A stretch of DNA of 64,000 nt from Catajapyx aquilonaris (lineage: Eukaryota). Under the pieces are notes generated by a model that was not told the origin of the DNA, did not search any database, and worked only from the letters and a program-made list of their open reading frames with translations. Below are positions 28,501 through 42,234 of this stretch, one piece after another (within the stretch, counting starts at the first letter, position 1; each line of letters starts with the position of its first letter). A program made the position numbers and the translations under genes. The DNA is taken from assembly GCA_000934665.2 (NCBI GenBank), contig KZ538263.1, positions 1 through 64,000 of the forward strand, read 5' to 3'.

Positions 28501-31500
28501 GAATATTTTTTATGACCAGAAAATATGTTTCCTTTGGCCTAAATCCGCCTCAAAAAAATAAAATAAAATTCTTGGGGCTCATCCAGATATATATTATTAA
28601 TTTCGTAGGAGTTCCCTGAGATGTGAATATGAAGGTTGAGAAACACTGTTTTATACTGTTGGTAATGCAAAAAACAATCCATCATGCTAGAGAGTGCCAA
28701 CATCTTCACCTGCATTCTGCGCAATACAGGTTGTAAACCTATGCCTCATAAAGGATGCGTTGTTCAGTCATTCGCAACAAGGAAGGAACAACCTGTCTTA
28801 CCTGATGCAGGCACATCCTAAGAGAGCAACGATTTCTGTTGGCTGCACCACACACTCCACCATAACTTGTAGTAGCTGCTCCAACATAAAAGTGACACCC
28901 ACCATTTGCTTTGCACTTAGGTCTGAAAATATTTGAACCTCAAGTACTTGTACTGCAGAATTTAGAGCAACAAAAGGTACGCACCAGCCTTCCGGTTAAG
29001 GCAATCCACTACCAAGTCTGACGTGAGGCCACAGCACTGCTTAAAATTGGCAGTACAATTTTTCCATCCGTTAGTCACGCGGCTGGCTCCTCGCAGCCAA
29101 TTTTGCAGCATCGGCAGGAGGAGGTGGTTCAGGCAAAATATACCAAAATCAGGACCTGAAGAAGAACAAAAGTACCGCAGCTATTGAAATGTATCCAGTA
29201 GCTGACTATGCCATATCGTACCAGGAACATCCAAAAGATTTCTCAGCAAAAAGAACAGTGTTTCCATTGTATGTGGCTGATATTTTCTTGGGCATGCAGT
29301 GGTTGCACTGACCATGCCTTCCACAAGCAAGTACCACACATGTAGAATTCCACTCCCATTGTCCATGCCAGGCAATGTAGTAGCTGTAACTGCAAAAAAA
29401 AACACTAACTGTAAGCCACAGCCTTAGTTTCAACCGCAATGAACAAACAACAGCCTCACCTTGATACTTTGAAATTGGCTTTCCATCTTCCTCATGTTCG
29501 CCTTTAAGGTCCTCACAGTGTTCAAAGTGCAAGATCGTCATGTTTGGAATGACAAAATCCACCACTTGCGGCATCTTATTTAGTTGGATTCGATGGGCCG
29601 CATGAAACAAAGGGCATGCTGGCATGTGGTACATTGACGCCAGCATGGTCGAGCACCGCTGGAGGTACTTCAGGGCTGCCAAGCACATGTCCAGTTCAGG
29701 TGTCTCCAAGTCTTCTGTGCTGTCCATCTGTTGTTCATCTAGCAAAGGATTGTTTTAAACACATGTTAAGGAATTTAAAAATTCAGTGACTATCACCTAA
29801 CTATTAAAATGCTAATGTACAGTTTCCCTTCTCAAACGAATATGCACTAACTCACCTTGGCCTCTGATATGCTTCAGTAAGCACAGAATACAATCCACTG
29901 CAGCATTGGCAAACACCAACACATTGTCCGTATTGAGAAATGCTTCAAACACGTCAAAAAGCACTCGGATGTGACAGTTCGGTTGGTTAGGATCCTGGTC
30001 CTCTTCCTCCATGGTCTGATTGCTGGGATGGGAACGATTTTGAGGGAAAATGCGCACTGCACGCAATGCTCCAAAAAGAGGCCGCCAGCCAGACCGGATC
30101 TCAGTCTTGTTGCCTTCCACAAACTCGCATATGGCACACACAATCTGCAATGGCATTCCCTACTAATAAAAGCCAATAGCGGCCAAGAGTCACGCCTTAC
30201 CTGATCTTGCACAACTTCATCACAAAGCTCCAAACACAGCAGATTCTCAAATGGCTTAAACAAAGCTTCGTTAAAGTGAAAATGTGGCAGTTCAGTTTGG
30301 TCGTTCAAGAGGGCATTCATCATGTCATGAATGCATGATATGGCCTTCTTTGAAATGGCATGGTCTTTGTGACATGCAGCCTGGAAAATAAAAGGCCAGA
30401 TAAAATTTGTCCCAATATTAAATACCTCTAAACTTGGTACCTCCATGAGATGGGGCCCGACAATGGACCAGACTTTCATGACGTGAATGAGAGGACGCCC
30501 ACTTCTCACACACTTAAGCATCACGTCGCCAACTCTGTGGAGAAGCAGCATGGGCGTGCTGGTCACTGATGGCTCCTGCACAGCGATGCTGACTTTAAGC
30601 CTCTTTCTCCACCGCTGCATCGTCTTGGAAGGAGTTGCAGTCTTCTTCGAGAGTTGGAAGAACAGTTGAGCTTGGCTGCTAGCACATAGCTCAATCAGAA
30701 AGTTCAGAAGAGACTGGAGATTGAGCTTTGTGGCAGCATCATCAAACAACCTGAAGCAAATCCCAAAATTGTGACGGGTTCCAACAGTCATTATTTCATG
30801 AACTTACATGTCCACCTGTTGTGAGAGTGAATAAACGACTTTGGTGGCATACTCAGCACTAAGCACACCATTTGAGACCACGTCAGCATTGCTCTCTTGA
30901 ATTAGTTCAGGAATTGGGACAGCCTGAATTGTTGGGTTTGTCGGAAGCGGAAGAAAATTCCTGAAAATTTGTGGTGAAACCAATACTGCTAGAGCAAGAG
31001 ACACCACCTAATCAAGTCCTTCTCTCATCTTGTTCTCACATACCCAACGTCATCGTCATCAACACCTAGAGACGAGTCCTTCTCTGACTGGGAATGCGGC
31101 TGCTGTGATTTGACCAGAAAATTTTTATTCTTTCCCTGGCTGTAGATCTGATGTTCCAGTTGCACCACATAAAGGCAACATCTGTAAAAAAAAAAAAAAA
31201 CAATGTCAAATTGCATAATGTTAAAACAACAATTGTGGATGATGGCTTCATAGTCAAAAGACTAAACAGAAAAACATTTCTGTCCTTACAGGTTAGTTTA
31301 ATATCTTGTGTTCTCATCAATGTGAAAATTTGTAATTCCTGAAGGTCCATCTACTTACTTGAATACATGTCTCCAACAGTCAGAACTATGGCTACCAAGT
31401 TCCAGCCCCCTGGTGAGCAGCACATCCATGCTCAGCACCTGCGCCGTGTGCAGCTTGACTGGCTTTTGCAGCAGCTTCAGTTTGGCCAACTGCTGCAACT

Positions 31501-34500
31501 TCTTCTGGGCTTTTGCAACCATCCCTGAGCTCCCTTCATGCAGGCAAGATGCAGCAGCAAGTTGGGCAAATATAACGCCACATCGGTTCTGCAACCCTGC
31601 ACAAAAATATCGCATTAAATCCTAATGTCAAGACCAGACATGCAGCACACTCACCCAAAATGTTGCTCAGACGAGCAGCTTTCTGCAGCCCTTCCAAACT
31701 ATTCACTATGGCTTCCCTGGCCTTCCTATGCTCTTCCCTGGCACCCTCACTCCCCAGCAATAGTCCTATTGTGCTGGGTAACCCCAGTGAATTACCGTCT
31801 TTTAGAAGGACTGACAGAACACTCACAATCGATTCCCAGCAACAGGTCAATACACGAAATGCAAATTTGTGTCCTGAAAAGTAAATAATAATAATGTGAC
31901 GCAACATAAGCATCAAGAAGGCTAATTTTTCGTGAAGTGAGATGCACAGATTAGAATCTACGAAGTACCTGCTTCAATTTCTGGAGTAGTGTCAACATGG
32001 GTTGTGGCCCTTTCAAGTCTTCTATAGTCAGTCAGCAACTGTCCACCTTGTTGGACACTTCCTTGTCCGTCTATATCTAGTGAATGTATCAGAACATATA
32101 AGTCAGGAGATTCAGAAACAGGCACCAACGTAACCATGTATGAACCATCACCATATACATGCATGCAGAAGCCAATAAAGGACAAGTCTCAATAATTACG
32201 AAGCTTTTCATAATTATTCCTTCCAAATCAGCTAACGGTAATACAAACGGAATTCAGTAAGTAGAAAATAATCAAAATCAGTTTCAACTGTGAGAAGCAT
32301 AAGTCACACAATTGAGACAGGCCCTGAGAGGCAATGCAAGCTGCAAAATACAGCAACAAAAATCCCACCACCAAAGCAAAAATCCTGTATAAAATCAAAA
32401 TTACAATACCTAACGTTACTCTCATGCCAAATTCAATTTCTGAGAAAAGAAATGTTGGATAAAAACAGGTGAGAAAATAGTAGGCAAGCATGGGCAACAT
32501 GCAAAAAAAAATAAAACTGAAAAATAAAGCAGACGGCATTTACTTTGCAAGAAATGGCATCATAGATACTGCGTTCAAATTCCTACCTATGAGTAGATTA
32601 ATCAGAGCAATGTTGTTAGTAGCACTGGCATCATAACCAGCTTCAATTAACATATTGTGGTTTAGTATCTGCTGGTAAACTTCAGCCAACCATGTTGCAG
32701 ATAGATACACAAGTATACCACTTTCTAAAACCTCTTCCACAAATTGCTCCTAAAATAGATTAATTTGAAAGTGACATAGAAACGAAGAAAAGGTACTGAC
32801 CCAGTCTGTAAAGTTGTTATGTATTAATTCACTAACTACGACATCATGCACAAGTGGTATTAAGAGTTGCTAAGATTTATATGAATAAAATTGCTTTACC
32901 TCCGTCACTGGCACACTTAGCCTCTCTCCCTTATAGAATCCACATTGCAGTAGCTTCAGGTTAAGGTGCAATGCACAATATGTAGACAAGTACACTCCAT
33001 CAGCATTGATTATAGTAATGTATGACAGGTTGCGGGAATTGCTGCTGGCCTCCGGATCAATGGACAAGTTGGAATAAAACCCTAAAAGAAAAGTTGCAGT
33101 ACAGCCTTCCTCACGTCTTCATGGCAGAGCATATCCTACCTTGGCAGTATTTGGAAGCAAATTCCTGGAGAGCTTCATCTGTAGCAACAGAACTTCGGAG
33201 AGCAAGCAATGATGGCAGCAAACCTGACAATGTCTCTACAAAATGCCGCGCATGATGTCTCTCTATATCTATGTACTCATCTTGAACCTGGGGGAATTGC
33301 ATGTATAAATACAATTATAGTACAGGCAGTCCAATAGTAACAAAAGTGATTTGGACTCACCGCACAGACTTTCACGTCATCTCCAAGAAGTGTTTTTGGC
33401 ACTTTCTCCAGTCGCAGTGCTTCTTCGTCCTCCTTCTGCTTCTCCTCCTCATTCAGCTAAATCAAATAAGAAAATCAACGATGATGCAGACCAGACATTG
33501 GGGGCAATTTTTTGGGTGAAAACTAACATAACCTCCCTCTAGCTCAGGAGCATGTCACAAAATTCGGATGAAAAGATTCTCAGAAAAATTGTGGTACATT
33601 ATATGGAGGAAAGTGGAGATCAAATTCCAATGAAAGATACATTTATGGAATCTACGGACACGACATAACACATAAAAGGTAACTAGCAAGAGCATGCAGC
33701 TGCTTACGTCCTCCTCCTCCAGTCCAGCTATATCTTCTGGGCCTTCGGTGTCGCCTGAGCACTCAGAATCCTCTCCACTGGCATAACAACTATTCTCTCC
33801 TTGGTCCTCATTGCCCTTTCCATCTCCCTTGTCTTCATCTTGACTGTCCCACTCTTGCTGCTCTTGACGAATTCGTTCCTGGTACTGCTTTGGGAGGCGA
33901 ACCATCGACTGGTATGTCAAAGGACCTGCAGCATCAAGACGATTCTCAAAAATATGTTCAATTACAACAATTACAAGTGTTACTTGAACTGAAGAAAGGA
34001 CTTACCGGTATAATGACAGTCAGCAAGGTCTTGATAGACATTGTTGATCTTGTTCATGTAATCATCCCCCATCCCTTTGCCACTGCACAGATCATCCAGG
34101 GCAGTCAACATGGCAAAAACACATGCTACACTGGCACAGCACACGCTTGATTCATGACTCTGGCTACCCTCCACAATGGAATCCATGCACCTGCAACAAA
34201 TCCTCACATGTCAGCACTCAATTTCACATAAATTTAGAGTCAGTGATGCTAAGATTAATCAAGAAAACATGTTGTGACCAAGACAAGAAAAATGGTTCAC
34301 ATATGTCTTGGCCAACAGTGAAATGTCTATCTAATAAAGTGAATACGTACAGGCGGAGGAGAGCAAGGTCACTCTGCGGCTGTCCCCCATCATCCTCCTT
34401 GAGAATGGGCCCTGCCAGATCCAAGAGTCTGGTCGGACTGCCCAGCAACTCCTTCATACTTTTCAGGGCTTCCTGCCTGTGCTGCGGCTGAGGATAAAGC

Positions 34501-35859
34501 AGCATTCGGTGGAAGACAGACTCCAGAACTGGCCTCAATGAACCCACGCAGCCCACCAGTCTCACCAATTGGGATGCAATACTATTTAGATAGAAAATAT
34601 TTTTAAAATTCACCCATTATAATGGTTCCTGCAGTCAAACATGTCGAGACTGACCTGTATACAGATTTAGCTTCTGCACTGTTAAATTTGGGTGCAGTTC
34701 CCAGGCAAGCAGATCCGCGTCCCATCTCCCCTTCTCCCTTGCTTCCCGACACAATGTTCTTGTCCACCCGAGGAGACCCAAGGTAGGAGATGAGCAGTGG
34801 GCACAACTTTTGCCACAGGAAAGTGTTAAAGTGGGCATTAGAGTGTATGCGGGGTGGAAGGCTGCTGAAAAGGGTGTGCAGGCACTCCAGCCAGTAGATG
34901 ACAGCATGTACACTGCTCTTGCTTCCGGTACCCCTGCAAAATATAAAACAGTAAATGCTTGCAGTTGCATTTCCACTAATGAAAAGCTTACATCGATTGC
35001 AACTCTTCCAACTTGCTGCAAGCATACTGTGCCACAGGAATAACTTCATTGTAGCACGTGGCAGGGGATTCCATGTCCTGACTCTCCTCCTCTGAAAAAT
35101 TGTGCAAAATAAATTCCGTGTCCTGTATTTTCATGCCAGCCAAGATCGGCAATAGTACCCAGGTAGTTGCAGAAGGAGCGGATGGTCTGACTGGCAGCCG
35201 CTTGAGCTGCTGCCCTCACTGCCTGGGTTCCATCAATGTGGGAATCGCAACACAGAGAGAGGATCTGGATTATTATGCGGCCATTGATGGCCCAGTAGCT
35301 CATGCACGCCAGGTTCAGCAACACCTGAAATTATCAGAGGAATGTAAAAACTTTGGTCAATGCAACAAGCTAAAATGTTAATCAAGCATACCTTCAAAAG
35401 GTCAACCTGGATATCATCAGTGTGACTACTAAATGAACCAATAGCTTTCAGTAACTGGGTCGGAAGCCACAAAAGGTCATCATCCGGCTCAATATTGGAG
35501 TGGAAGCGATTGTCCCGCACGATTCTCTGCCGGGTAGACGTCCCATTACAAATCATTTCATTACAAAGAATTAAACGAACAAACCTGTAAGCCACTAACG
35601 GCCAGCAAGACCAGCTTGCTACTCCTAGTCTCCAGCGCAAGCTGCAACGCATCGAAACACTTCCCCCTCAAATCGTGCGGCGGATCTCGCAACAAACCCT
35701 GTTGTGACTCCAGGAAATCTGCAACGACACGCAATCTCATCCTGGTGTTAACTCCCCCAACGCAAGAACCATACCATGAGCGGCCTTGCACGCCTCCCTC
35801 AGCCTGGCGTGCTTGTTCCCAGGAGCCTCCCGCATGATCAGCAGCAGAAGGTCCTCCAT
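25553..35859 (-). CDS. ARFGEF3: Brefeldin A-inhibited GEF 3 (BIG3/ARFGEF3/KIAA1244)-like large Arf-GEF family protein, roughly 27 exons
   Basis: Start [28 protein letters not shown] (35859-35775), exon 2 35718-35585 ([25 protein letters not shown]). Recognisable blocks include [81 protein letters not shown] and [12 protein letters not shown]. Last exon is about 25768-25553 ([12 protein letters not shown]...YGFSPE*). Internal exon boundaries were only partly resolved. Confidence 0.9.
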
Positions 35860-36149
35860 CCCTCTGCAACAACCAGAACAAGTGGATCATGTACCATCTG
35901 GCAGTCCACCACCGCCTTTACCTGTCCCCAACGCAGCCTAGTTGTCCTGCTTCTGCTGACCCTCAACCAGCCGGTGAACCAGTTCGCGGCAACCAGAGGG
36001 TCAGCCAGTGGGTCAACCGGGGGTCGGCACCAGAGGGAACAACAGTCAACGTCACCAAACCCGTTCGACTAAACGCGCCCCACCAGAACGAGTGCAAAGA
36101 CGCGCCCGCACCAAAGAGTGACGTCACGTGTTGGTATGGCGGCAACTTG

Positions 36150-36575
36150 ATGGAAACGGACAAAGCGTGGCTTGGAGCTGGCCTAGGCCTGGAGGGACAG
36201 CGGCCTGGGATGGGCGACCCGGAAGCAGTGGACTTGGAGGAGGAGGAGTGGGACTGGGAGGAGGACCCCAAGCTGGTGGGGCTGGTCCAGGAGATGAAGA
36301 GGCGGAAGAAGGAGGCGGCGCTGACCAGGTTCCAGTTCTTCCTGGGAGACAGGGAGGTCAGCATGGAGGTGGACGAGGGAGGGAGGCAGATGCTGACCGT
36401 CGAGGCGGAGCAGCAGATCACCCTCAGCAGCCTGGACTACCGGAATGGGGTCGTTGGCTGGCCTGGTTGGTATGGGTGCGGACAGGGCGGCACCCGCATT
36501 GTTCTATTCGTTGTTCCAAAAGAGTGTATCCGCACGCACCATGGGAGAGCCGTGGGCTTGACCGACAGGGTCTGA
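36150..36575 (+). CDS. Unassigned GC-rich ORF head-to-head with ARFGEF3; may be a first exon rather than a complete gene
   Basis: Open frame METDKAWL...DLEEEEWDWEEDPKLVGLVQEMKRRKKEAALTRFQFFLG... with G/C-ending codons, starting ~290 bp from the ARFGEF3 ATG. No family recognised. Confidence 0.4.
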   Translation: METDKAWLGAGLGLEGQRPGMGDPEAVDLEEEEWDWEEDPKLVGLVQEMKRRKKEAALTRFQFFLGDREVSMEVDEGGRQMLTVEAEQQITLSSLDYRNGVVGWPGWYGCGQGGTRIVLFVVPKECIRTHHGRAVGLTDRV

Positions 36576-36787
36576 AAGAACATTAAGAGTAAAAGAAGCT
36601 CATGGGAATTGTTGGAGTAAAGTGCAATAAGTCATTTCTCGCACTAGGTCATTGACCTCTAGCTCATAAATATTAAAGGCTGTTATTTTTACGTTTCAAG
36701 TTGTGAACTAATTTAGTGTCTATGCTCAAGCTTTGACGGCCCACGCAAAAGCCCCGCATCTTCGAAAATCACGTAAGTGGAGATAAA

Positions 36788-36940
36788 TGCACTACTGTGC
36801 GGAAAACAAACCGACGATCTGACGTCACACAACAATATGAGTAAACAGTGTCAACAAAAAGGACATTGTTTACTCCTACTGTTGCAAGAGAACAAAGTGA
36901 TGACGTCAGATCGTAGTTTCGTTTTCCGCACTGTATTGCA
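36788..36940. repeat. Inverted repeat with a TGACGTCA (CRE) in each arm
   Basis: TGCGGAAAACAAACCGACGATCTGACGTCA (36798-36827) versus TGACGTCAGATCGTAGTTTCGTTTTCCGCA (36901-36930). Confidence 0.75.
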
Positions 36941-37349
36941 CTCCTCTTCGCAAACCACACATTTTGGTACAAAGCCCGTAATTGTAGGAGCAAAAGGTTT
37001 TGGCCACATTGAAATCGTGCACTTCCACATACGATAATGGAAAGAAAAAACTTCAAATATCTCGAATAGACGAATATCTAGAAAAGACAAAAAGCAGAAA
37101 TGCAGGATTTTGACTTCGGCATTTCTGCTTGGAATACTTTTTTTTTTACAAAAATTCATGCTCACAACCTTCACTGTGAATCTCCCTCGTTATTCAGGCC
37201 ACAAGTTTAGGCCTTATTTTTAAAAACCTTAGACAGTGCTGTGAAAATGCCTACCTGAATCTTGCACAAACTTTGACTTGTGAAGAATTTAAACTCTTTT
37301 CTGAGCATTATTCAAACTGAAGTTAATTTTCATTGACGTTTCTTTACAG

Positions 37350-38890
37350 AGAAAATAGTCATCATACCTGGAAATGGTAAGTGTTTCTTTCCATTTTGCA
37401 CTATAACCATCTCACATTGTTACAATTTAAAGAAATCTTATTGTAGGTTATACTGCTAAGGACACGAAGGACTTGGACAAGACTTCTGAAGGTAAACATC
37501 AACATAATCATTGCATGTAGATGGATGAATGTATAATATTTTATAAGCTATTCTATGGCAAATACAATTAAATTACCAACAGTGGCTACATAAAATAATT
37601 TAAAATTATTATTTGCAGTTGGACAAGTGAATAGCGAAAATCTTATTGTAAGTGACACTGAGGGCTTGGACAAAACTTCTGCAGGTAAATATCAGCATAA
37701 TCGTTGCATGTAGATATTTGTACAAATGTAATCGTCTCTATAGTCTACACTATTACAAATACCAAAGGGCAGGCCAATGTGTCTGGTCATCTACCTCATT
37801 AGCAGTTGGTCCCTTGACATTTTTTACCCCTACATTTTCAACTTGGTTTGGGCTCACGCATGTGTGCTTGGTTCATTAGTGGCCATAGTGTGTTTTAGTG
37901 TTTCTCTATTTGGGGGTGATGTGGGAATACATGTCATGATTTCTTTCAAAAGGTCAAGAATCGGACTAAGATACTTTAATAGTGACGCTTTCTCTTTCAG
38001 AAACAGTACCTGACCATCCTGAGCCCAACCCAAATGAGTCAGATGATTTACCCTCTGGATCTGAACCATCGGATCTTGATCTCCAACCAGAGGCCAGCAA
38101 CACGGATGTTGACAGGAGCGACATACTGACAGTTCAAAATGAAAAGGGTTAGTTATTTAAATTGAATCATATTGTATCAGTATTTTGGTTATGAAACCAA
38201 ATTGGCAAGTTCCTTAACAAACTTGCACCATTGTCCTCTCCCTCCAAGGGCTGCCCAGGAGAATCGGACTGATATACTTTCTCTTTCAGAAATTGTACCT
38301 GACCATCCCGAGTCCAGGCCATCTGAGTCGGATGATTCAGGCTCTGGTTCTGAATCATCGGATCAGGTTCTCCAACTCGGGGCCAGCAACACGGATGCTG
38401 GCAGCGGCGACATAGATTCCGGCAGCAGCGACAAAGCTGTTGGCAGTAACGACAAAGCTGTTGGCAGCAACGACAAAGCTGTTGGCACCAGCAATACTCC
38501 AATTGTTCAAAATGAAAAGAGTTAGTTATTTAAGTGGAATCATTTTGTATCACTATTTCCAACCTTTCACATATTCCTTGCTTCGTGTGACAGTTGAAAG
38601 GCATAAATAATAATGCTGCTTTTCAATATTATGTTTCAGAACCAGAAAGTCGTCCAGTCAAAAAAAGGGCCAGAAATTCTGATCTCATGAAAGAATTTGG
38701 CGAAACTGTCACCAAAATGTTCAAAGAAGTGGTGGAGCGTGATGCAAAGGCTCGTGAAGAAGATCGCCTGGCCATGGAACGTCTCAGGAAGCAAGACAAA
38801 GAGGAGATGCGTGAAATGGTAAAGGAAATAATGGCCCAACAAGTGGCCTTATTCACTCGGATGGTGGACTTAATGGGAAGCAAAAAGTGA
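37350..38890 (+). CDS. Multi-exon gene (5' end unresolved): acidic/Ser-rich linker, basic NLS-like motif and C-terminal coiled coil
   Basis: Phase-1 symmetric exons 37350-37376, 37447-37491, 37619-37684, 38001-38147 and 38290-38520, then last exon 38640-38890 (PVKKRARNSDLMKEF...ERDAKAREEDRLAMERLRKQDKEEMREM...GSKK*). All have AG/GT ends and splice in one frame. Confidence 0.65.
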
Positions 38891-40177
38891 TACTGTGCTA
38901 GTGTGCCTGCAGTGTTGCCAGTTACATTTTCTGGCAAGTATGTTATATTTGGAGACATACCGTAGTTATATATTCAGAACATAAGTGACCACGAACTTGT
39001 CTCAGGATGTTGTACAGGGAATGCATTAAGTGCCGTCCTTGGTCACTGAAGTTTGCATTTTGACTGTTATTCTGCAGTCAGCATGGTTATAACTCCATGA
39101 AGGTTGCAAAGTGCTATTTGATCAAATTATTTTTTGTAACCAAAAAATATTGGGGGGAAGACCAGCTGATCATTTTATATTTCGATTCATGTCTGAGTTG
39201 ATCTAAAGATCCTTAGGAATCATTTTATGCCTTGGGTGGAACGGGGCAAGGAAAAGAACCATTTTTTTTTAACATTCCAAAAAGCAGCAACACCGTGAAG
39301 CAATGTGAACATGATCAGTACAGATTTTGTAAGGGTTTCTTTTGCAAAGAGTTTCACAAGATTATATTTAAGGAATATTGAAAGATGTTATATTTGCAGT
39401 CAAAGTTCAGTTACCCTTGAGTAATTTTTTCCTCATTTTCTTTCATAATTGAACATCAAATCTGACTTTCACTGTACTAAAAACACTAGCGTAATAATGA
39501 CAGATCTTAGTATTTGAGGACCTACACGTCATGTTACCTTCCAGTGCATGTCATCTCTTTTTGTATTAGTATTTGCCTGCAGGCTGCTTTTTAAAAAAAA
39601 AGACTGATTGTAATTCATAATAAATCATATTTCATTATTGCTGTTTTGTTTTGAGTGTAAGTGACCATCCTAATCCCTACTGTGCACAACGTGATACTTC
39701 AGAGAGTTGATGTACGTTTTAATATGACAAGAAAATATTTCCATTACTTTGCATATCCTTACTCCAACACTACGAGATACAGTTTTAGGAATATGGATTG
39801 ATATCAATAATTATTATGTCCCTCTCTGTTACTAATGGGTCTCCTCATATTGTTCTGCCTAATAAATTTCCTACGCTATCTGATTCCTCCATGCTATCTA
39901 ATAAGTCGAGCAGAAAGGAAACATTTTCTCCTCTAGTCAATATTATTCAATCAACTCACTTTATGTAACTTGGCATTAAATAATTGCAAGCTATATGGGA
40001 AACCATATCAACTTTCACATAACTTCTCCCTTTTACGGTATGAATTTGGTAACAAGAGATTGCTTATGTGATAGGATAACTTTGGCTGGTATAAAAAGGA
40101 AATGTGGTGCTTACCGGAGTATAGTTTGAAATACACCTGGGAACAAATCAGACTGAAGGGTCGTACAACACACTGCA

Positions 40178-41019
40178 ATGGAGATTAAGGTACGTTAAAT
40201 GCCTGTAACTGTACTACTATTTTTGTTGAAATTCTGAGCTACTTGTACTATGCTAACCAAAGACACTGCATCAAATAATGAGTTTTTAATTGGCAGGTAT
40301 TGCTGGTGATTTTCATTACGGCCCTGTTCAGCAGCGCTACGGCTGGAACCACACACTACAAGTTTAAGCATGGGTTTAAAATACATGACAAGCACGGCAC
40401 AGCAAAGATGGATGCCCATGGAGACAATCATGGATATGGCTTTGAGATAAACCAAAAGCATAAGGATGGCGTCAGTTTTCAGAAGCAAGGAGGAAGCATC
40501 CACGGTGATTTTGGTGGAGGATCTGAGAGTGGTGGAGTTGGGGGTGGGGCTGGAGGGATTGGAGGTGGGGCTGGAGGAATCGGAGGTGGAGTCGGAGCAG
40601 GAGCAGGAGGCTTCGGAGGAGGGGCTGGCGGAGGACTTGGTGGATTTGGAGGTGGGGCTGGAGGAATTGGAGGTGGAGTTGGAGCTGGAGCTGGAGGCTT
40701 CGGAGGAGGGGCTGGCGGAGGACTTGGTGGATTTGGAGGTGGGGCTGGAGGAATTGGAGGTGGAGTTGGAGCTGGAGCTGGAGGCTTTGGAGGAGGACTT
40801 GGTGGATTTGGAGGAGGGGCTGGCGGAGGACTTGGTGGGTTTGGGGGAGGAGCTGGAGGAATTGGTGGATTTGGGGGAGGAGCTGGAGGAATTGGCGGAT
40901 TTGGAGAGGGGATCGGAGGAGGAATTGGAGGATTTGGTGGAGGAATTGGAGGTGCATCAGGAGGACTAGGTTTGGCTTCCATTGCTGGCGGATACGGCAG
41001 TGGGTTTGGTGACAAATAA
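40178..41019 (+). CDS. Secreted glycine-rich protein A (cuticle-protein-like)
   Basis: TATAAAA at 40090; 12-nt exon 1 40178-40189 (MEIK), exon 2 40297-41019. Signal peptide, then the shared domain KHGFKIH...NHGYGFEINQKHKDGVSFQKQGG, then GGGAGG(I/F/L) repeats. Confidence 0.85.
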
Positions 41020-42234
41020 CATTTATGTGTAAATATTACTATCAGAGTGACTGAAACAGTGTTATTATGAATGTACGTAACATATTTCGAGAGATATTAA
41101 AGTTATGGTTACAAACTTATGGTATTTTTTCCTGAGTTGCCTCTTGTGGAAGTGTCAGATAATGCATCAAAGGGTGATAAAAAATAAAAGAGCATTTACA
41201 CTAGTTGGGTATGTAATTTCAAAATATGTAAAAGTGATTCACATTTATGAAAACGTGTGGACAATTTTCTAAAAAAATTAGTCGTTCCATCTGACAATAA
41301 ATAATTGTAGTGAATTTCCAGTCAAATATTCAATTTTGTTAAAATTAACTAACATTATATTAAAACAGTGCCCTCACATAGACCTTGGTCACTCAAAGTC
41401 AAAGCAACAAAATAATTATTTTGATGTAAATTCTTGGCCGAATAACAGACAACGAGTCTTTCTGATAGAAATACCACTCCCAAGTTACTTGAGGTAACAA
41501 AAATGCACTGGATCGTCACGCGCAGTTGGTTTTACTAAACTGTAACACTACACACGCAAACCGCAATACGGGATATGACAGGTAACGAAAAGTCATGCCA
41601 TTGATTTATTATTAGACTGTGCTATTTCGCTATCCCAGGTAGCCTACTATACCCCTTATTTTGAAAAGTGTCTGACGTTTCCATTATTAAAAGGCTACGA
41701 CAATAATGGTGACCTCTACATGCAAATGTTGCGCACCTGATTTAATTCAATCGAATATTCAGGCATGACCAGAATTTTTTGGGCAGGAACCATCCAGTTA
41801 ACAAATGTGTGCTTCTAGGTTAGGTAACAATGAGCTAATTAGCTACTCGGGTTACAATTAAAAAAAGGGCCGTAAAAAGCTTGAAAAATTTTTAAGGCAC
41901 ATATTATCAACAAGTTATTGTTCAAGAAATCCTCATTTCAGAACATCCCCCAAAGGAAATGGTCGTTATCTAACGAACTTGTGTGAATAATAATTAAGCA
42001 CTTTCACTAGTCCCATATTCATTGTTTGATATACCTTTTACCTTGACTTTCGGTCCTACTTGATAAAAAAAGGAGCCTAAATTTCTGAGAATATATTTCT
42101 GCAATACTTCATGGCCGACTTCCGACCATCCTACCTATAAAAGATCTAAAATAGCTAACATATGAGCACAGTCCCTCACCCGGAGCTTCATTCGTATTCG
42201 AAGATTTGGTGGACTCGTTTCGGTGGTCATCATC

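Noticed and set aside
40466..41015. Long alternative-frame ORFs (poly-Pro, Glu/Leu-rich, Gln/Leu-rich) over gene A
   Set aside because: Shadow frames of the GGN repeat. Only the Gly frame has a signal peptide, splice sites and a TATA box.
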